A stretch of DNA of 63,996 nucleotides, counting the filler, from Diploschistes diacapsis (taxonomy: Eukaryota), in assembly GCA_023645945.1 (NCBI GenBank). It is 7 parts of 7 records of this genome, joined end to end, with 100 filler letters (N's around TTAATTAATTAA, not from the genome) between each part and the next. Parts side by side here need not be neighbours in the genome. Positions count along the whole stretch, not along the records: positions 1 to 5,967 come from JALAIB010001457.1; positions 6,068 to 12,033 come from JALAIB010001458.1; positions 12,134 to 18,097 come from JALAIB010001459.1; 4 more parts are not named here. One strand, given 5' to 3'. The position numbers and the translations under genes are program-made. Shown here piece by piece: positions 1 to 12,203 of this stretch. Position 1 is the first letter of the stretch; each line of letters opens with the position of its first letter. A model generated the notes under the pieces. That model was given only the letters and a program-made list of their open reading frames with translations. It did no database searches and was not told where the DNA came from.

Positions 1-94
1 CTTAAAATCTTTAATTGATGAGTTGAGAGCTTCCTGAAATGCGAAAATTTTGGTATGTTTTGGTGGAGGGACCATTACTTTTGGGACGTGACTA
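1..94. mobile_element. Terminal fragment of a Tc1/mariner-like DNA transposon (RIP-mutated copy)
   Basis: Near-identical to 46928-47021, differing only by C>T/G>A transitions. Ends ...GGGACGTGACT(A/G) followed by TA, i.e. a CAGT-starting terminus on the minus strand with a TA target site. Confidence 0.75.
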
Positions 95-100
95 TAGGAA

Positions 101-126
101 TGGCCCGAATCCCCGTCAAGACCTTA
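101..126. repeat. Degenerate remnant of the pogo/Fot1-like terminal repeat
   Basis: TGGCCCGAATCCCCGTCAAGACCTTA resembles TGGCCGGAATCCCCGTCAAACACGTTA at 12280-12306. Confidence 0.6.
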
Positions 127-280
127 TAGAAAGATTAATTATTATTCTTGAAAAAAGTGGCAGACGCCAAGACAGTTCTATTAAATTTTGTAATGTACTG
201 CAGAGCTCAAGTGTTTCAGACGTTGTTAATTTGTAGTTTTCCAAAAATGCGGCCTACCACCTTCCTTACCTTTTACAAGT

Positions 281-1799
281 ATGAATTCTTGTAAGCTGCT
301 GCCCAGAATCTCTCGAAATGCACGCCAGCCTCTCCTTCGGAAACCTCAATACAACGTTCGTCAAGATCCATTAAAAGCCAGTTTCAGTAGTGGGCGTCAA
401 AACAATAAGAAGGCAGGCAAGCAACTTTCTGCTGTGCCCGGTTCTTGTTATTGCTCAACTTTCTGACAATTCCTGAGCAGCGCCCTCGTACATTAATATA
501 AAAGGAAAGGACTATGCAACCGACGACTGGACCAATATTCCACCGCGCATTCTCGATTTCTTACCTCGTCAATTGCATCTACAGCCGTCTCACCCTCTAA
601 GCATAACACGCAAGCTGATCGAATCCAAACTCCCTTCACCAACATATTCACACTACAACGATTTTTGCCCCATCGTGACAACACACCAGAACTTTGACTC
701 ACTTGGTTTCCCTCTAGACCATCCAGGCCGCAGTCAAACGGACACTTACTATTTGAATTCCCAGACGTGCTTGCGCACGCACACGTCAGCACATCAAGCG
801 GATGCCTTTCGAACCAACTCTTCCGACGGCTATACCATTACTGCAGATGTCTATCGTCGCGATGCCATTGATCGAAGCCACTATCCCGTCTTCCACCAAA
901 TGGAAGGCGCACGACTTTGGGATCGGAGCAGGACGAAGGAGGGCAACGTTACGCAAATTGTTAGCGCAGATCTGCTGAACCTTCCCAAACACAACCTGTC
1001 TGTTGAAGACTCGAGTCCGACTGCCCATGCGGAGCGTAATCCCCTACAACAGGAGCATTCGCTAGACGAGGTGGAAGCCATTTCTGCACATCTTAAAAGT
1101 TCCCTAGAAGACGTTGTCGTGGCAATCTTCGAGCAAGTTCGCAGTGCAGCTCTTGTCGCCCAAGACCCCGTCAGTGACGCTGAATCTCAACAGCCACTGC
1201 GCGTCCGATGGGTGGAAGCTTATTTCCCCTTCACAAGCCCTAGCTGGGAACTTGAAGTGTTGTGGCAAGGAGATTGGTTGGAGATACTCGGCTGCGGGGT
1301 TGTCAAACAATCGATTCTTGCTCATGCTGGCGTATCAAACAAGCTTGGCTGGGCATTTGGAGTGGGTCTTGAAAGACTGGCGATGCTGCTGTACTCCATT
1401 CCTGATATCCGCTTGTTCTGGTCGAAAGATGAGCGTTTCACCTCGCAATTCGCAGCTGACCAGCCTACAAAGCGATTCGTGCCCTTTTCAAGGTATCCAA
1501 GCTGTCCCCGCGATGTAGCATTCTGGGTTGGAGGAACGAATACCTCTGCAGGCAGCAACATAGTAGCCAACATCCACGAAAATGATGTGATGCAGGTTGT
1601 TCGAGATGTTGGGGGCGATCTAGTGGAGTATGTGAAGTTGGTAGATGACTTTCGGCATCGAAAAACTGGAAGAAGAAGTTTTTGCTACAATATCAATTAC
1701 CGTAGTCTAGAAAGAGTTATATCCAGAGAAGAGGCAAATGGCCTCCACCGCGACGTCTGCAAACAGTTGGAAGAGAGACTAGGGGTGGAATTGAGATGA
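281..1799 (+). CDS. MSF1: Mitochondrial phenylalanyl-tRNA synthetase (exons ~281-416, 481-1799)
   Basis: Motifs HPGRSQTDTYY, LRTHTSAHQ, DVYRRDAIDRSHYPVFHQMEG, YFPFTSPSWELEV, GWAFGVGLERLAM and a C-terminal FDX-ACB domain. Exon 2 begins PSYINIKGKDYATDDWTNIP after CTGAC...CAG at 480. Confidence 0.95.
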
Positions 1800-2089
1800 A
1801 CAATCTTGGGCCGCCAAAGCCGCTGTCATACACATCTGAGACATCCACCCAACCACCGGCCTCGAGTTTGCATTGTAAGATGAGTTTCTCACATTGTCAT
1901 CTTGTACTTGAACGCTTTTTCTTTTGTTTAAGCAATCGCTGGAGCGTCTGGTGGCGCTGAAGCTCAGTAGCTTTACCGAGGTAACACTTTAGCTAGAAAA
2001 AAGGACATGCCACTCAGTGGCGGTTTATCCCATATATCAATTGACATATTCCATCACGTCTGCGTGTACGTCGCAAACTCCTGTTACTA

Positions 2090-5000
2090 TTATTTTGCCT
2101 TGCTCTTGGAAGACTTGCCCGCCCCCTTGCCTCTCGCCCTGCTTCTTTTCGCGGGGGCGCTTTCATTTTCATTCGTCTCCTCCGCCTCAGCAGCGCTTGT
2201 CGCTTTCCCCGTCTTCTTGGGAACCGCTTTCCTCTTCTTCGGGGCTTGGACATACTTGTCTTTCTTAAGGTCTAACTCCTCATCTTGCGTCTCTTCGGCA
2301 GCAGGATCTATCAGCACCTCCTCGTCGCTTTCATCGATCGCTTCTTCGAGATCTGGCTTTACCTTGGCTGCTTTTGTCTGGGGTGCGCCAGTTCCGGCCT
2401 TGAGGAAAGGCAACGGATGACTGGTGGCGTTGTACTTGCGGGTGAAGTTAGACTTGATTTGCGAGCTCAATTTGACCTTGTCCGCATCTTGAGGACCCAC
2501 CCCTAGCTCGACGATAGCATCCCAGTCATCCCTGGTAATAAAATAACTATCCATCAAGTCCATGACATTTTCGATGCACTGCGGATCATTGCCGTGAAGC
2601 TCAAGTGTCTTGACTAGTCGAAGCCACAGCAGTGGCAGGTATTGCTGTCGGATTTCATGTCTGTCACCCGATGCTCGCAGACGCATGTGGCCCTGAATGT
2701 CCTTCACATATCGAACCAGTTTCCCTGCATTCGTGTTAGTGTATCGTAATCGATGGAAACACAACTTTGTACCTTGCTTGCTGTTGTTGCCCAGCCAGCT
2801 TGTAAATTGGATACGATTACCAGCAGTGCTTCCGGCTACATAACTTGCAGGTCGTACAAAACTGAAGATTGCGTGAACAGGCATCAGACTCCAGTGCTGT
2901 TGCGGACCGTGGATCATAGCATCAATAAGATCTCCGTCACTGATACTCTCCGCCGCTTTGTCAACTAGATCAAGGATTTTGAGGCCTTTCTTCCTGCCTT
3001 CAGCAGAGCCAGCAAGTATAGGATTGGTATGAAGATAATTTTCTTGCAACATCAGAAAACTGAACTCGTGGTCATTAAAGTACAGCTCAGCCTTCTCATT
3101 TAGGGTCGATTTGCTGTTTGAGGTAAACAATCCTCCACCCAGGATCTTCTGCGTGATATCCCATGGCTTGAGAATAACGTTCTTTTCCCATGCGTTGGTC
3201 ATTTTTTTAACTTGGTTGTAATCCATTGCCTGCTGATCCAGCTTCGCGGCGGATATCATATTGATGATTCGTCGTATGTCAGCCCCCGATCCCTCTATTA
3301 AGGCGTTAACGACATTCGCTGGCACTATCTTGTTGATACCTTCCCGGAAGAGGATGGTCATGATTCTCGACCGGACCTGGTCTGTTGTAGGTTTTCTGAA
3401 GGGCAGATCAAAAGTAACGTGGTCGAATGGCTTCATTTTTGGTTGCTTCCGGTCGTTGCAGATGAGGATTATAGGTATACTCGTCTTTTTGCAGATAGAG
3501 GCCATTGCACCTACGCCTCCACGATCACCGGCGGACATTCCATCTACCTCATCCATGATAAGGACGAGCCTTCTCTTTGTTGACTTGGCCTCTTGGCCAT
3601 TGGCAGAGAAATAGCCCAAAAGTGATGTTGTATCCAGCACTCCCTTTAATCCTGTTTCAATAAGCTTCTTGCTTCGCGTATCACTTGCATTGCTCTCCAC
3701 AACATCGTATCCTTCCAATCTAGCAACAAGATGAGCTGCAGTCGTTTTTCCAATGCCCGGATTGCCATGAATCATGACCGCTCGATAGAGACCGGAGCCG
3801 TCGGAACCGCCTTTCTTGAAGCCCACTTTGGCATTTTTCTGCCAATTTCGCAACCAGGTCTGAAGTTTCTCGACTTGGGTCTTGTTCCCACATATCTGGT
3901 TCAATTGTGCCGGTGCATATTTTACGGTCCATAGTTGATCATCAGGCCGAGATAGACTCCTCGAAGTTTGCTTTGTATCGGTCTCTGGCAGTGTTGCCAT
4001 TTTCTTCTCCATTTCTACTGCAAGGTCTTTCTCCTGTTCCCGTGCAGCCTCCTGTACTTTCCTTTCTTCGGCCAGACGCTTTTCCTGAGCCTTCAAGGCC
4101 GCTTGGCCGCTACCGCCATGGACAGGCAGCGTTTTTATAAGTGCGAACAACCCGTCCTCGTTGATGGTTTTCAGGCCAAATTTTCGAATGGTCTCCAATT
4201 TCTTAGGTCCAGCGTCTGTTCCGAGTACGACGTAGTCGGTCCTTGAGCTAGGGCCAGTCGTAACCTTTCCCCCGTACCGTTTGACGAGATCTTGGCCCTC
4301 CTCACGACCAAGAGCATCAAGCAGACCAGTAAAAACGAACGTCAAGCCGGCCAGGCAATCATCAGCACCTTCCGGAATTTCCTTCGAGCCGGCATTTGGC
4401 GCAGTTTGAGAGCGTGCAGCGTTCCTCGTGTATTCGAACTTTGCGCTCGTGCCTTGGGTCGGTGGCGTCGGTGGTCTGATGATGGGTATGTCATTTAAGA
4501 TCTTTTGTAGCTCTGGGTTTTCCGGAGCCGCTTCGGTCCTCGTCGATTTCCTAGCTTTTTTAGCTGACGTTTTCGTTGAGGATGTTGATCTTTTCCCCTT
4601 GGTCTTCTTGTTTGCTGCCATGTTTTCATCTTCTGGATCTGACAACATAGAGGATTTTCTCTTGCGGCTCGTTGCGTTCTTTTGGGATGGCGCCTCCACA
4701 TCGGTACCGCTGCTCTCTGTATTGTAATCGTCGAGAGCTTTACTACCTCGTTTGTATTCAGCACCAAAGATGTCCTCGTCCGAATCGTCACCATTGTGTT
4801 TGTTAGGCTTTCTTTGGCCCTCTTCCTGAGTTTCGGAGTAGCCCTTCTTGGCCGTCTTTCGCGAACTTTGCCGCAAGCTTCTGTCGGAAGCCGAAGCTGG
4901 AGTTTCATTGATGCTTGCAGCATTCCTCAGTTTGGATTTTGGGGTTGCAGCTGTACGATTTGTTTTCGCTGGACTGAACTCAGCTTTGATAGCCGGATGG

Positions 5001-5592
5001 GACGACTTTGAATTCGATCTCTTGGGAGTTGCATGTGATTGTTTGCTTTTGGAGGAGAAATAATCAGATGTGGTTACCTCTTCGCTTGCAGGTACAGTGG
5101 ATGTTCTGTTTCCTGATCAGCAAAATATGATATAGAGGCTTTTCGTGGACTGATCACTTTTCTGGCCGAGTGCGATAAGGAGCCAAGTCCCTAGATCTTT
5201 GCAAGGTGAGGAAGAGCTCGGGTCGAAGTATGAGGTCTTACAATGGCTGCTCATCCTCGTCATCACTCACGACCTTTCTTTTGCCTTGGCTATGTCAGTC
5301 CAGTCCTTCTACCAGCTCGAAGGTGTTTGACCTCGACCTGTTGTTTTGCGGGAATTTCGAACCTAAGCGAGTCAAGTCTTGTCAGTAAATATCGCATTAG
5401 ATCTAGAAATGGATCATGGAAGATCGAGACAAACATGGATAAGAACAAAAAAGGAAATATACAGGGGACAAGTTAGGGCAAAGCTGGCTGCATTATCATG
5501 GCACTTACATCCGTCTTCTTTGGTGTCTCTGGGGCGGCATTGCTTGATTGGCCTCCTTTACCACCAAAGAAGCTTCGTATGTCGGACGGCAT
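2090..5592 (-). CDS. RFC1: Replication factor C large subunit (multi-exon)
   Basis: Start MPSDIRSFFGG at 5592. BRCT domain (CLAGLTFVFTG), Walker A GNPGIGKTT, NASDTRS, DEVDGMSAGDRGG and RFC1 C-terminal domain. In-frame intron at ~2725-2775 plus 5' introns. Confidence 0.96.
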
Positions 5593-5709
5593 ACCTATTT
5601 CTTCTTGTGATCTTCAGATGAAGTGAGAACCGCGAGCCCTATGATGCCTGAATAAAGAGCTTCATGTACTTTTGATTTTTGTTCATGATGGCTCTCCATG
5701 AAAAGAAAA

Positions 5710-5735
5710 ACGCGCAGTTGGAGGTTAAGACGCGT
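5710..5735. promoter_or_regulatory. MCB (MluI cell-cycle box) elements upstream of RFC1
   Basis: ACGCG at 5710-5714 and ACGCGT at 5730-5735, about 120-140 bp upstream of the RFC1 ATG. MCBs are typical of fungal G1/S replication genes. Confidence 0.65.
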
Positions 5736-5867
5736 GTCGTTCATTAAATTACATAATTTGGGTGCAGTTATTCTGACCGAAATATTTGCGGTTATGTATT
5801 TTAACGTGTGGTTGGTATGGCAGAATAACCTTACACTCGATATACTTAAATTTCTGAATTATATATA

Positions 5868-5967
5868 ACGTGTTTGACGGGGATTCCGGCCACCCACAGA
5901 TTCCGCCACTTTTGCCAAGAAATAGTTTAAATCTTCAATAATTCTTCGAAATTAATCATTATTTTTA
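5868..5967 (+). mobile_element. Left terminal inverted repeat of a pogo/Fot1-like transposon
   Basis: TA|ACGTGTTTGACGGGGATTCCGGCCAC..., with an internal direct repeat GATTCC(G)GCCAC. Reverse complement of 12204-12304. Runs into an assembly gap. Confidence 0.85.
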
Positions 5968-6067
5968 NNNNNNNNNNNNNNNNNNNNNNNNNNNNNNNNN
6001 NNNNNNNNNNNTTAATTAATTAANNNNNNNNNNNNNNNNNNNNNNNNNNNNNNNNNNNNNNNNNNNN
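5968..6067. other. Assembly gap linker (N44-TTAATTAATTAA-N44)
   Basis: Identical artificial linker at six positions in the window. Confidence 0.98.
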
Positions 6068-7100
6068 ATATTTTCGTGATTTCGAATGAATTCCATAAAG
6101 AAGTTATATGTAATAAGTTTTAGCTTTTATGATCTTTAGTGTTGATATTGACGTCGGTATTAAATAAATGTTTTATCGATTTAAGAAAGCTTTTATTTAC
6201 TTAAATTAATCTCGGCCCAGCTATCGCGAGATGGATGAGGAGAAAGAACCTATTATTATAGTCTATCCGTAATTAATTTAGGTTAATATTATAATTTAAT
6301 AGAGTCTGGACACTATCGATTAAATTAAATTCAATTGTTTAAACAAGTAATGTTCTTTACCGTCTATTAGGCATATCGATTATTACTTGAAGTTCCTGTA
6401 ATAGTACGGATTGGAGGTAATCAAATAGCGATGTAAATCTTGAATAAATTTTAAAAAGAGTTTGGTGTATTTCCGTAAATAATCGAGTTGCGACGTGATT
6501 TTTTAAAAGTTTTTTATCGATCGTTAAATTTACGTCATGTACACGGGAAGCAAGGATCTAGTTATGGATTGTTTTTAAAGGAATATTATGCTTTGTTCAG
6601 CTTTTTTAACGTGGATATGTAAAGTTTTAATATTTATTTTTTAATCTCGTCTGGTATTAGAGAAACCGTATCGGTATTAGCGTCTAGCGTTGAAAGTTTA
6701 GAATATACGGACCATGCGGTTAGAAATCCTAGCTTCTTCTAATAGTAATAAGTTGCATATTATTTCTATTAATTAGTTAGAATTTTAGCGAGTATTTTTC
6801 GTTTTACGTATAAAATTTTTAAGCCGTAGGGATCATGATCGAATATATTAGTTTTATAGCGATCTATTGAGTTCCGTATTCGATTGATTTTTTTATTTAT
6901 GATATCGATAAATATCGAAGAACCGTACGGGCGCTAGTAGAATAAAGTCGAATTTTTATTGAAGTAATCCTCGGCCGATAAAGTTCCAGGCGAGGTAATA
7001 ATACTGGTAAGCTTATTATTATCGTCTGAAAGCTGAGATCAATTGTAGGAAACGGAATGATTTAGAACTTGTATGTCCTGTAGTATCATATTTTCTGATT
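6068..7100 (-). pseudogene. RIP-degraded ankyrin-repeat protein gene (5' limit approximate, 3' end lost in gap)
   Basis: One minus frame (6479->6068) reads FTEIHQTLF...IDMPNRR*RTLLV*TIEFNLIDSVQTLLNYNINLN*LR...LIHLAIAGP...NTDVNINTKDHKS*NLLHITSLWNSFEITKI. This is ankyrin consensus spacing eroded by G>A/C>T changes. Confidence 0.7.
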
Positions 7101-7339
7101 GCGATGTATTATAGATCTGATTTCTTGTGGTAAACTTGGATGTGTGACCGGTTAGAATGGAATGTCCTGAAGTAGATATAATAAGGTTATTAGGCCCTAT
7201 TCGATTGATTGTAGGTTTTAATTTTCGTTAATGTATTAATATTATCTTATAATTATACCTTAACGTTTGGTATATATCCTTAAGACTAGGAACGGTTATT
7301 AGAAATATGCCGTTTTACTAGACCTAATACTTATGATAT

Positions 7340-8330
7340 GCTGGTGGGTTCGAGGATCCGCGCAAGCAGGCCCGGAATTGTGATGTATGATCTACTGTCT
7401 CTTATGAATTCTGGTTCTTCGGAAGCAATAGCATCACAGCGATTTAAGATGCGTTTTCGAGAAATGATATTGCGAATATAGAGTAAAGATGTAGAGTATG
7501 GCGAATCTATAAAATAAAATTAGTTGTATTAATACTAGACAATACGAGAACTGACTTAAAAGAAAAAGTTCTGTTGTTTTAAATAAATACTATCCACGAT
7601 TGGTTAATTCGATGATTAATGCGTTGATCTAAGATGCCGTTTTAATCCGTAAAAAGCGATCGTAATAACGGGTGAAAAGGCTTGGATAGATAATTTAAAC
7701 GACTTAATTAACATTTTCTTTTGAAACATCCTTCTATCGCAAAACTAGACAGAGCGATAGTGTTAGAAGAGCTTCAAAATAATAAAGATTGGTTTGACGT
7801 TCTAAATGTTTAAAGGTCTCCGAAGCTTGACTTTTTGCGATCTGGATAAGGTTGTTTGTTAGATCCGCATCCTAATTGCTGCAGATGTTGAGAACCTCAA
7901 AAGAATTATAAAGAGTTTGAATAAAGTGAATTCCGTTGATCTTAAAGACCGTGCAGAATCTATTAACCTATTCTTTCTTGTCAGGAATGCCATTAAGAAA
8001 TCGAATCGACCATATTGCTCATTTCGGTCGTCTAGTTTTATCTAGCTTTACCGTTGCCTGGTTTCCTTGCTTCATTAGTTTGACAGATAGTTTAACATCT
8101 TTTGCTTTCTTTTTTTGGGGCCCATTATAATCTATAAAACTGATTAATAAGCTTTTTATAAAAAAGATATATTGATTGTAATGTTGACGTAGGTTTTCGA
8201 GTTCTCTTCGAGATACGAGAACAAGTTTCTTTAATTTTATGATCGATGTATAGACTTTTTGAAAGAGAAGTTTAGCGTTTTATCGATTTTAAAACAGTTA
8301 TTACGTGAGTTTTAATGACAAATTCAGTTA
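7340..8330 (-). pseudogene. RIP-degraded hypothetical protein gene (limits approximate)
   Basis: Continuous minus frame RRPK*AIWSIRFLNGIPDKKE*VNRF...YFEALLTLSLCLVLR*KDVSKENVN...TAS*INALIIELTNRG*YLFKTTELFL. Stops are explicable as TGG>TAG/TGA or CAR>TAR. Confidence 0.55.
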
Positions 8331-8483
8331 TATACTATTTTAACATTCCCGGAACAATATATATCTAGAATTTACGCTAAATATAGAATATACGGAGATA
8401 GATCGGAGTTACTTATGTGACTTCAGAATCCTAGGATATGGTTCCTCGCGTCAAGCCGGGTTGATTCTATTTAGAATATTCTA

Positions 8484-8700
8484 TCCCCACCTCAATATTT
8501 AAGTTCCCACCTACTTACCTTATTAATGAGATCCAGACTTTTGAGCATCTCAATCAACATCTACCTACCTACCTATCTACCCACTTACTTCATTCTAACC
8601 ACCTTCCTACCCATTTACTCAACTAATTACCGAGCCGCCTACCTCAACATTTATAAGTATAATGCATCTACCTCAACATCCACCTGTTTGCCTATCTAAC
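8484..8700 (+). repeat. Low-complexity C/A/T-rich degenerate repeats ((CTAC)n; ACCTCAA(C/T)AT units)
   Basis: Directly visible, strongly G-depleted tract between the degraded genes. Confidence 0.6.
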
Positions 8701-9399
8701 GAACTATTTAGATATCTTTGTTTAGATACCTGTCTAAGCATTCGTCATTATTCCTAGAATAGGCTTAATCTAGGCTCGCGTATCATATCCGAATAGTTAC
8801 GGCCTGGGCCGTAATTATTCGGGTATAACGTAATGGTGCTATTGTATTAGTTCTAGTAGAATGAAAGAGAATTTTATGCAGATTTGTAATTTACCCAGTC
8901 GGATCTCCTTTTCCAAATTATATACTGTAGAGAGGGTCTTATTCTTGTAAGCAAACATTATATTAACCGTCAAATTAATTAACATTGGGCTGAATAAACG
9001 GCCAATCGGCAAAATTTCGCTTTCGATTTATAGAGAATGCTGTATCGTTAAAAATATAACATCTAACATATAAAAGAGTAGTATTAAATAGAAAAAATCT
9101 AACGCTGATTACGTAGGCTTATCTACGATCATATTTATAGAATAAAAGAGTTTAGCGGGAAAGAAGTCTAAAAATTATTATGAAACGGAAATTATCTCGT
9201 ATCGACGTAATACATTAAAGTTCAGTTAGGGCTTTAAAATTAAAAAGAAAATACTATTATCCTTAAATGTTGAGTAGATCGGTTTAAGGACCCAGCTGGT
9301 ACCCTATACTAATTATGTGATCAAATTGCGCCGCAGGTAATAATCTAGTGAGAACCTAGTTTATTTATGTTGTTAGTTTTCTGAAAAAGAATTACTTAC

Positions 9400-11700
9400 C
9401 GCGTTAATCCAGAGGATAATCGACGTAAAAGTTTTTAGTCATAATCAAACGCTAATCGTTTATGATATGAGCCATGAGTCCCTATCACGGCTTTCAGAAC
9501 TATCTAAATTTCGCGTGGGAAGGACATTATAGACCTTCTTGAGAGCATTTATCTGCCCGTAATCATTCAAATACGCCTTGATTGGATAGAGAAGATTTGC
9601 AAAGGGTTGTAGTTCGAAAATTGCGGTAATACCTTAAAAGCTTCTGTGAACCTAACGTAGTCTGATATAGTTAAATGAGCCGATAGTAATCATAAATTAA
9701 TCTTAAAAAAGTAAAGTGGCCGCAATCTTCAAGCAGTTTTATTAATATAAGTAATTACGACGTTCATAAGCTCGAGTGTACTGTCCTTTTTTTTAAAGAT
9801 ATGCCATCTTTTCCCACGAACGGTTTCTCGAGGAAGCGTTAGTATTCGTTAGATCTACGTTCGGTAGCATCGTTAAAAAAGCTAAAGTTCGTATTAAATA
9901 TCGACTTTATTGGAAAGGAGATTAATAAGCATCTTTTGTTTTAAAAGTCGTGGCTTTCTTTGCTAATAGGGGGCTCGACTTACCATCATCCGCCTATAAA
10001 TCTGAATGAAATTCAGTATATTGAGGTTATGATTGTGGGATCTTTTCGAATGAAGGTATTTATCCCGTCTATCGAAGGGAATGCCGTTGTCGTTGAGTAT
10101 TATCTCGGAAATTCGTGTCGAATTAATGTTCCGGTTTTAATAATCTTAACTCTCACTAAAAATTAATAAATAAGATAATAAGTAAAATATCATCCGAGAT
10201 CAATTCTAGTGTTTAAATATGATAATAAGTTCGTTTTATTATTTTTTTAGATTTTTATGATTTCATATACGTAGAAACAAACTGTATATTCGTTAGCGTA
10301 AATTACCTAAACATAAGCGAATATAGGTTTCAATAATTTTAGGTAAAATTGGAAGCGGCGCACGAAAAAATCCGTCGAAAATGCGATGGAGAATAAAAAA
10401 AGAAATATAATATAAATCTTACGCGAATATTACTGTTAAGCTGTTCCTTATGAATATTCGATATGACGATAATATTTAAATAAAATTGATAAAGCAGTGG
10501 CGCATATCCGGCCTTAATTTTAGTAATAAGGGTTTTTTAGAATAACATATTATTTTAAAAATGGTTGGCATTCGTCTCGCTTTTCGATATTAATTTTGAA
10601 ATTAGAGCTATTCCGTGGGATGAGAATGCGTATGTACTAGGGCATTCATTTGAGTAACCGGCGATAAAGTTACTTACATCTAAACGACTAACGAAGGAGT
10701 TAGACAAAGCATTTAACGGAAAGGACCGAAATGACTAGACCAGAAACTTCTACATAATGCCCGACGAATTGCTCAAGCTTTTGCCGCATATGACAATAAT
10801 GCGTGCAATACTAAATATTCTATATCCGTGTGCAGTGGAGTTCGAGAAACGCTTGAAAGATCTTGAAAAAAGCGTTAACTCAATCGATATCGTCTCGATT
10901 TATCAGATGAAAAAGCTATATTATATAAAAGATAATCGTATAATATGAAAGAATTGCGAAAGGATATATCGTGAACTTACCGGACGTATTATAAATGCAT
11001 CATTTTTAAAAAATAAATAGCTGACGATTGATTAGAAATTTCGGTTCTCTTTTTAGATCGGAGTATTACAGCGTAATATTTTTTATAGCTAAAGATAACC
11101 GTCTGTAATAATAAACGGTAGTTCTTTTTTTGTTTTATCTTTATAATGCATTCCTTTTACTCTTGATGTCCTACTTTTACGATAATAGCGATTATCGCGG
11201 GAATTAAATTTCCTTTCTATACGAGTAATGAAGGGACTAAAAACCGCATCGAAAACTTGGTGTAGTGAATCCTTTAAGCTAATTTTTTAGCATGCGTTAA
11301 GAAAGAGGTCTAACCATTTACCCGCTTACGTAACTAATTTTACGTAGGTGAAAATTCCGGGTACGCCATTCTGGCAGTTTATGTAGCGTGATCCGAAATG
11401 TTCATTTGCGACATGGCTTTGGCCTAGGCTAGAAAACACGCCTACGTCTTGAAATTATATCAAGCATCCCGGCGAGTACTTGAAATAAGTTATAAATATT
11501 TGATGGTTTTGGTGAGTATAAGTAGTTTATTAGTGCGAAAGTCTTTCCACGATGCCCAAGAAGCACGAGTTAATTGGTTGTAATCGAGATAAGTTTAATC
11601 ATTCCGTTTCCTCGAGATTAGTATATGTATAGTAATTCGGGATAAATCAAGAGCACCTCGCGAAATGATTTTAAGAGATTTTTTATTTTCGGAATAAATC
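9400..11700 (+). pseudogene. RIP-degraded coding sequence(s) of unknown function (limits approximate)
   Basis: Plus-strand protein-like segments with W/Q-type stops: HGFQNYLNFAWEGHYRPS*EHLSARNHSNTP*LDREDLQRVVVRKLR*YLKSFCEP (~9485-9655), ORF 10757-10948, and FWQFM*RDPKCSFATWLWPRLENTPTS*NYIKHPGEYLK (~11370-11490). Confidence 0.45.
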
Positions 11701-12033
11701 TTTTATTAACCTTAAAAATATAAAACATTAATAAAACAAAACTAAAAAAAAACGATTTTAAAGAAACGATATCTCGATCACGACGTGTTTTTAAACGGAG
11801 ACTATATAACAATTTCATAAAAATAAAAAAACCCGCGAAAAGCTAAATTTTATTATAATTATCTTATCGATTTTAAAAAATAGAAACTGTCGGAATATAA
11901 ACATGAACTGTTGCTTGCTAATAGGTGCGCATCTTTTGGCGTAGTGGTTTAGTTCGACAGAAACGAAATTAACGGCCAATAAAATTCGAAATAATATTTT
12001 AAATCGAATTTTTAATTATACGGATTATTACGG

Positions 12034-12133
12034 NNNNNNNNNNNNNNNNNNNNNNNNNNNNNNNNNNNNNNNNNNNNTTAATTAATTAANNNNNNNNNNN
12101 NNNNNNNNNNNNNNNNNNNNNNNNNNNNNNNNN
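12034..12133. other. Assembly gap linker
   Basis: N44-TTAATTAATTAA-N44. Confidence 0.98.
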
Positions 12134-12203
12134 CGTTATGAGTGTCCGCTCGCTATGCATATACGTTAGATAATTGATTAAAAAATAATATTTTGAAAAA
12201 AAA

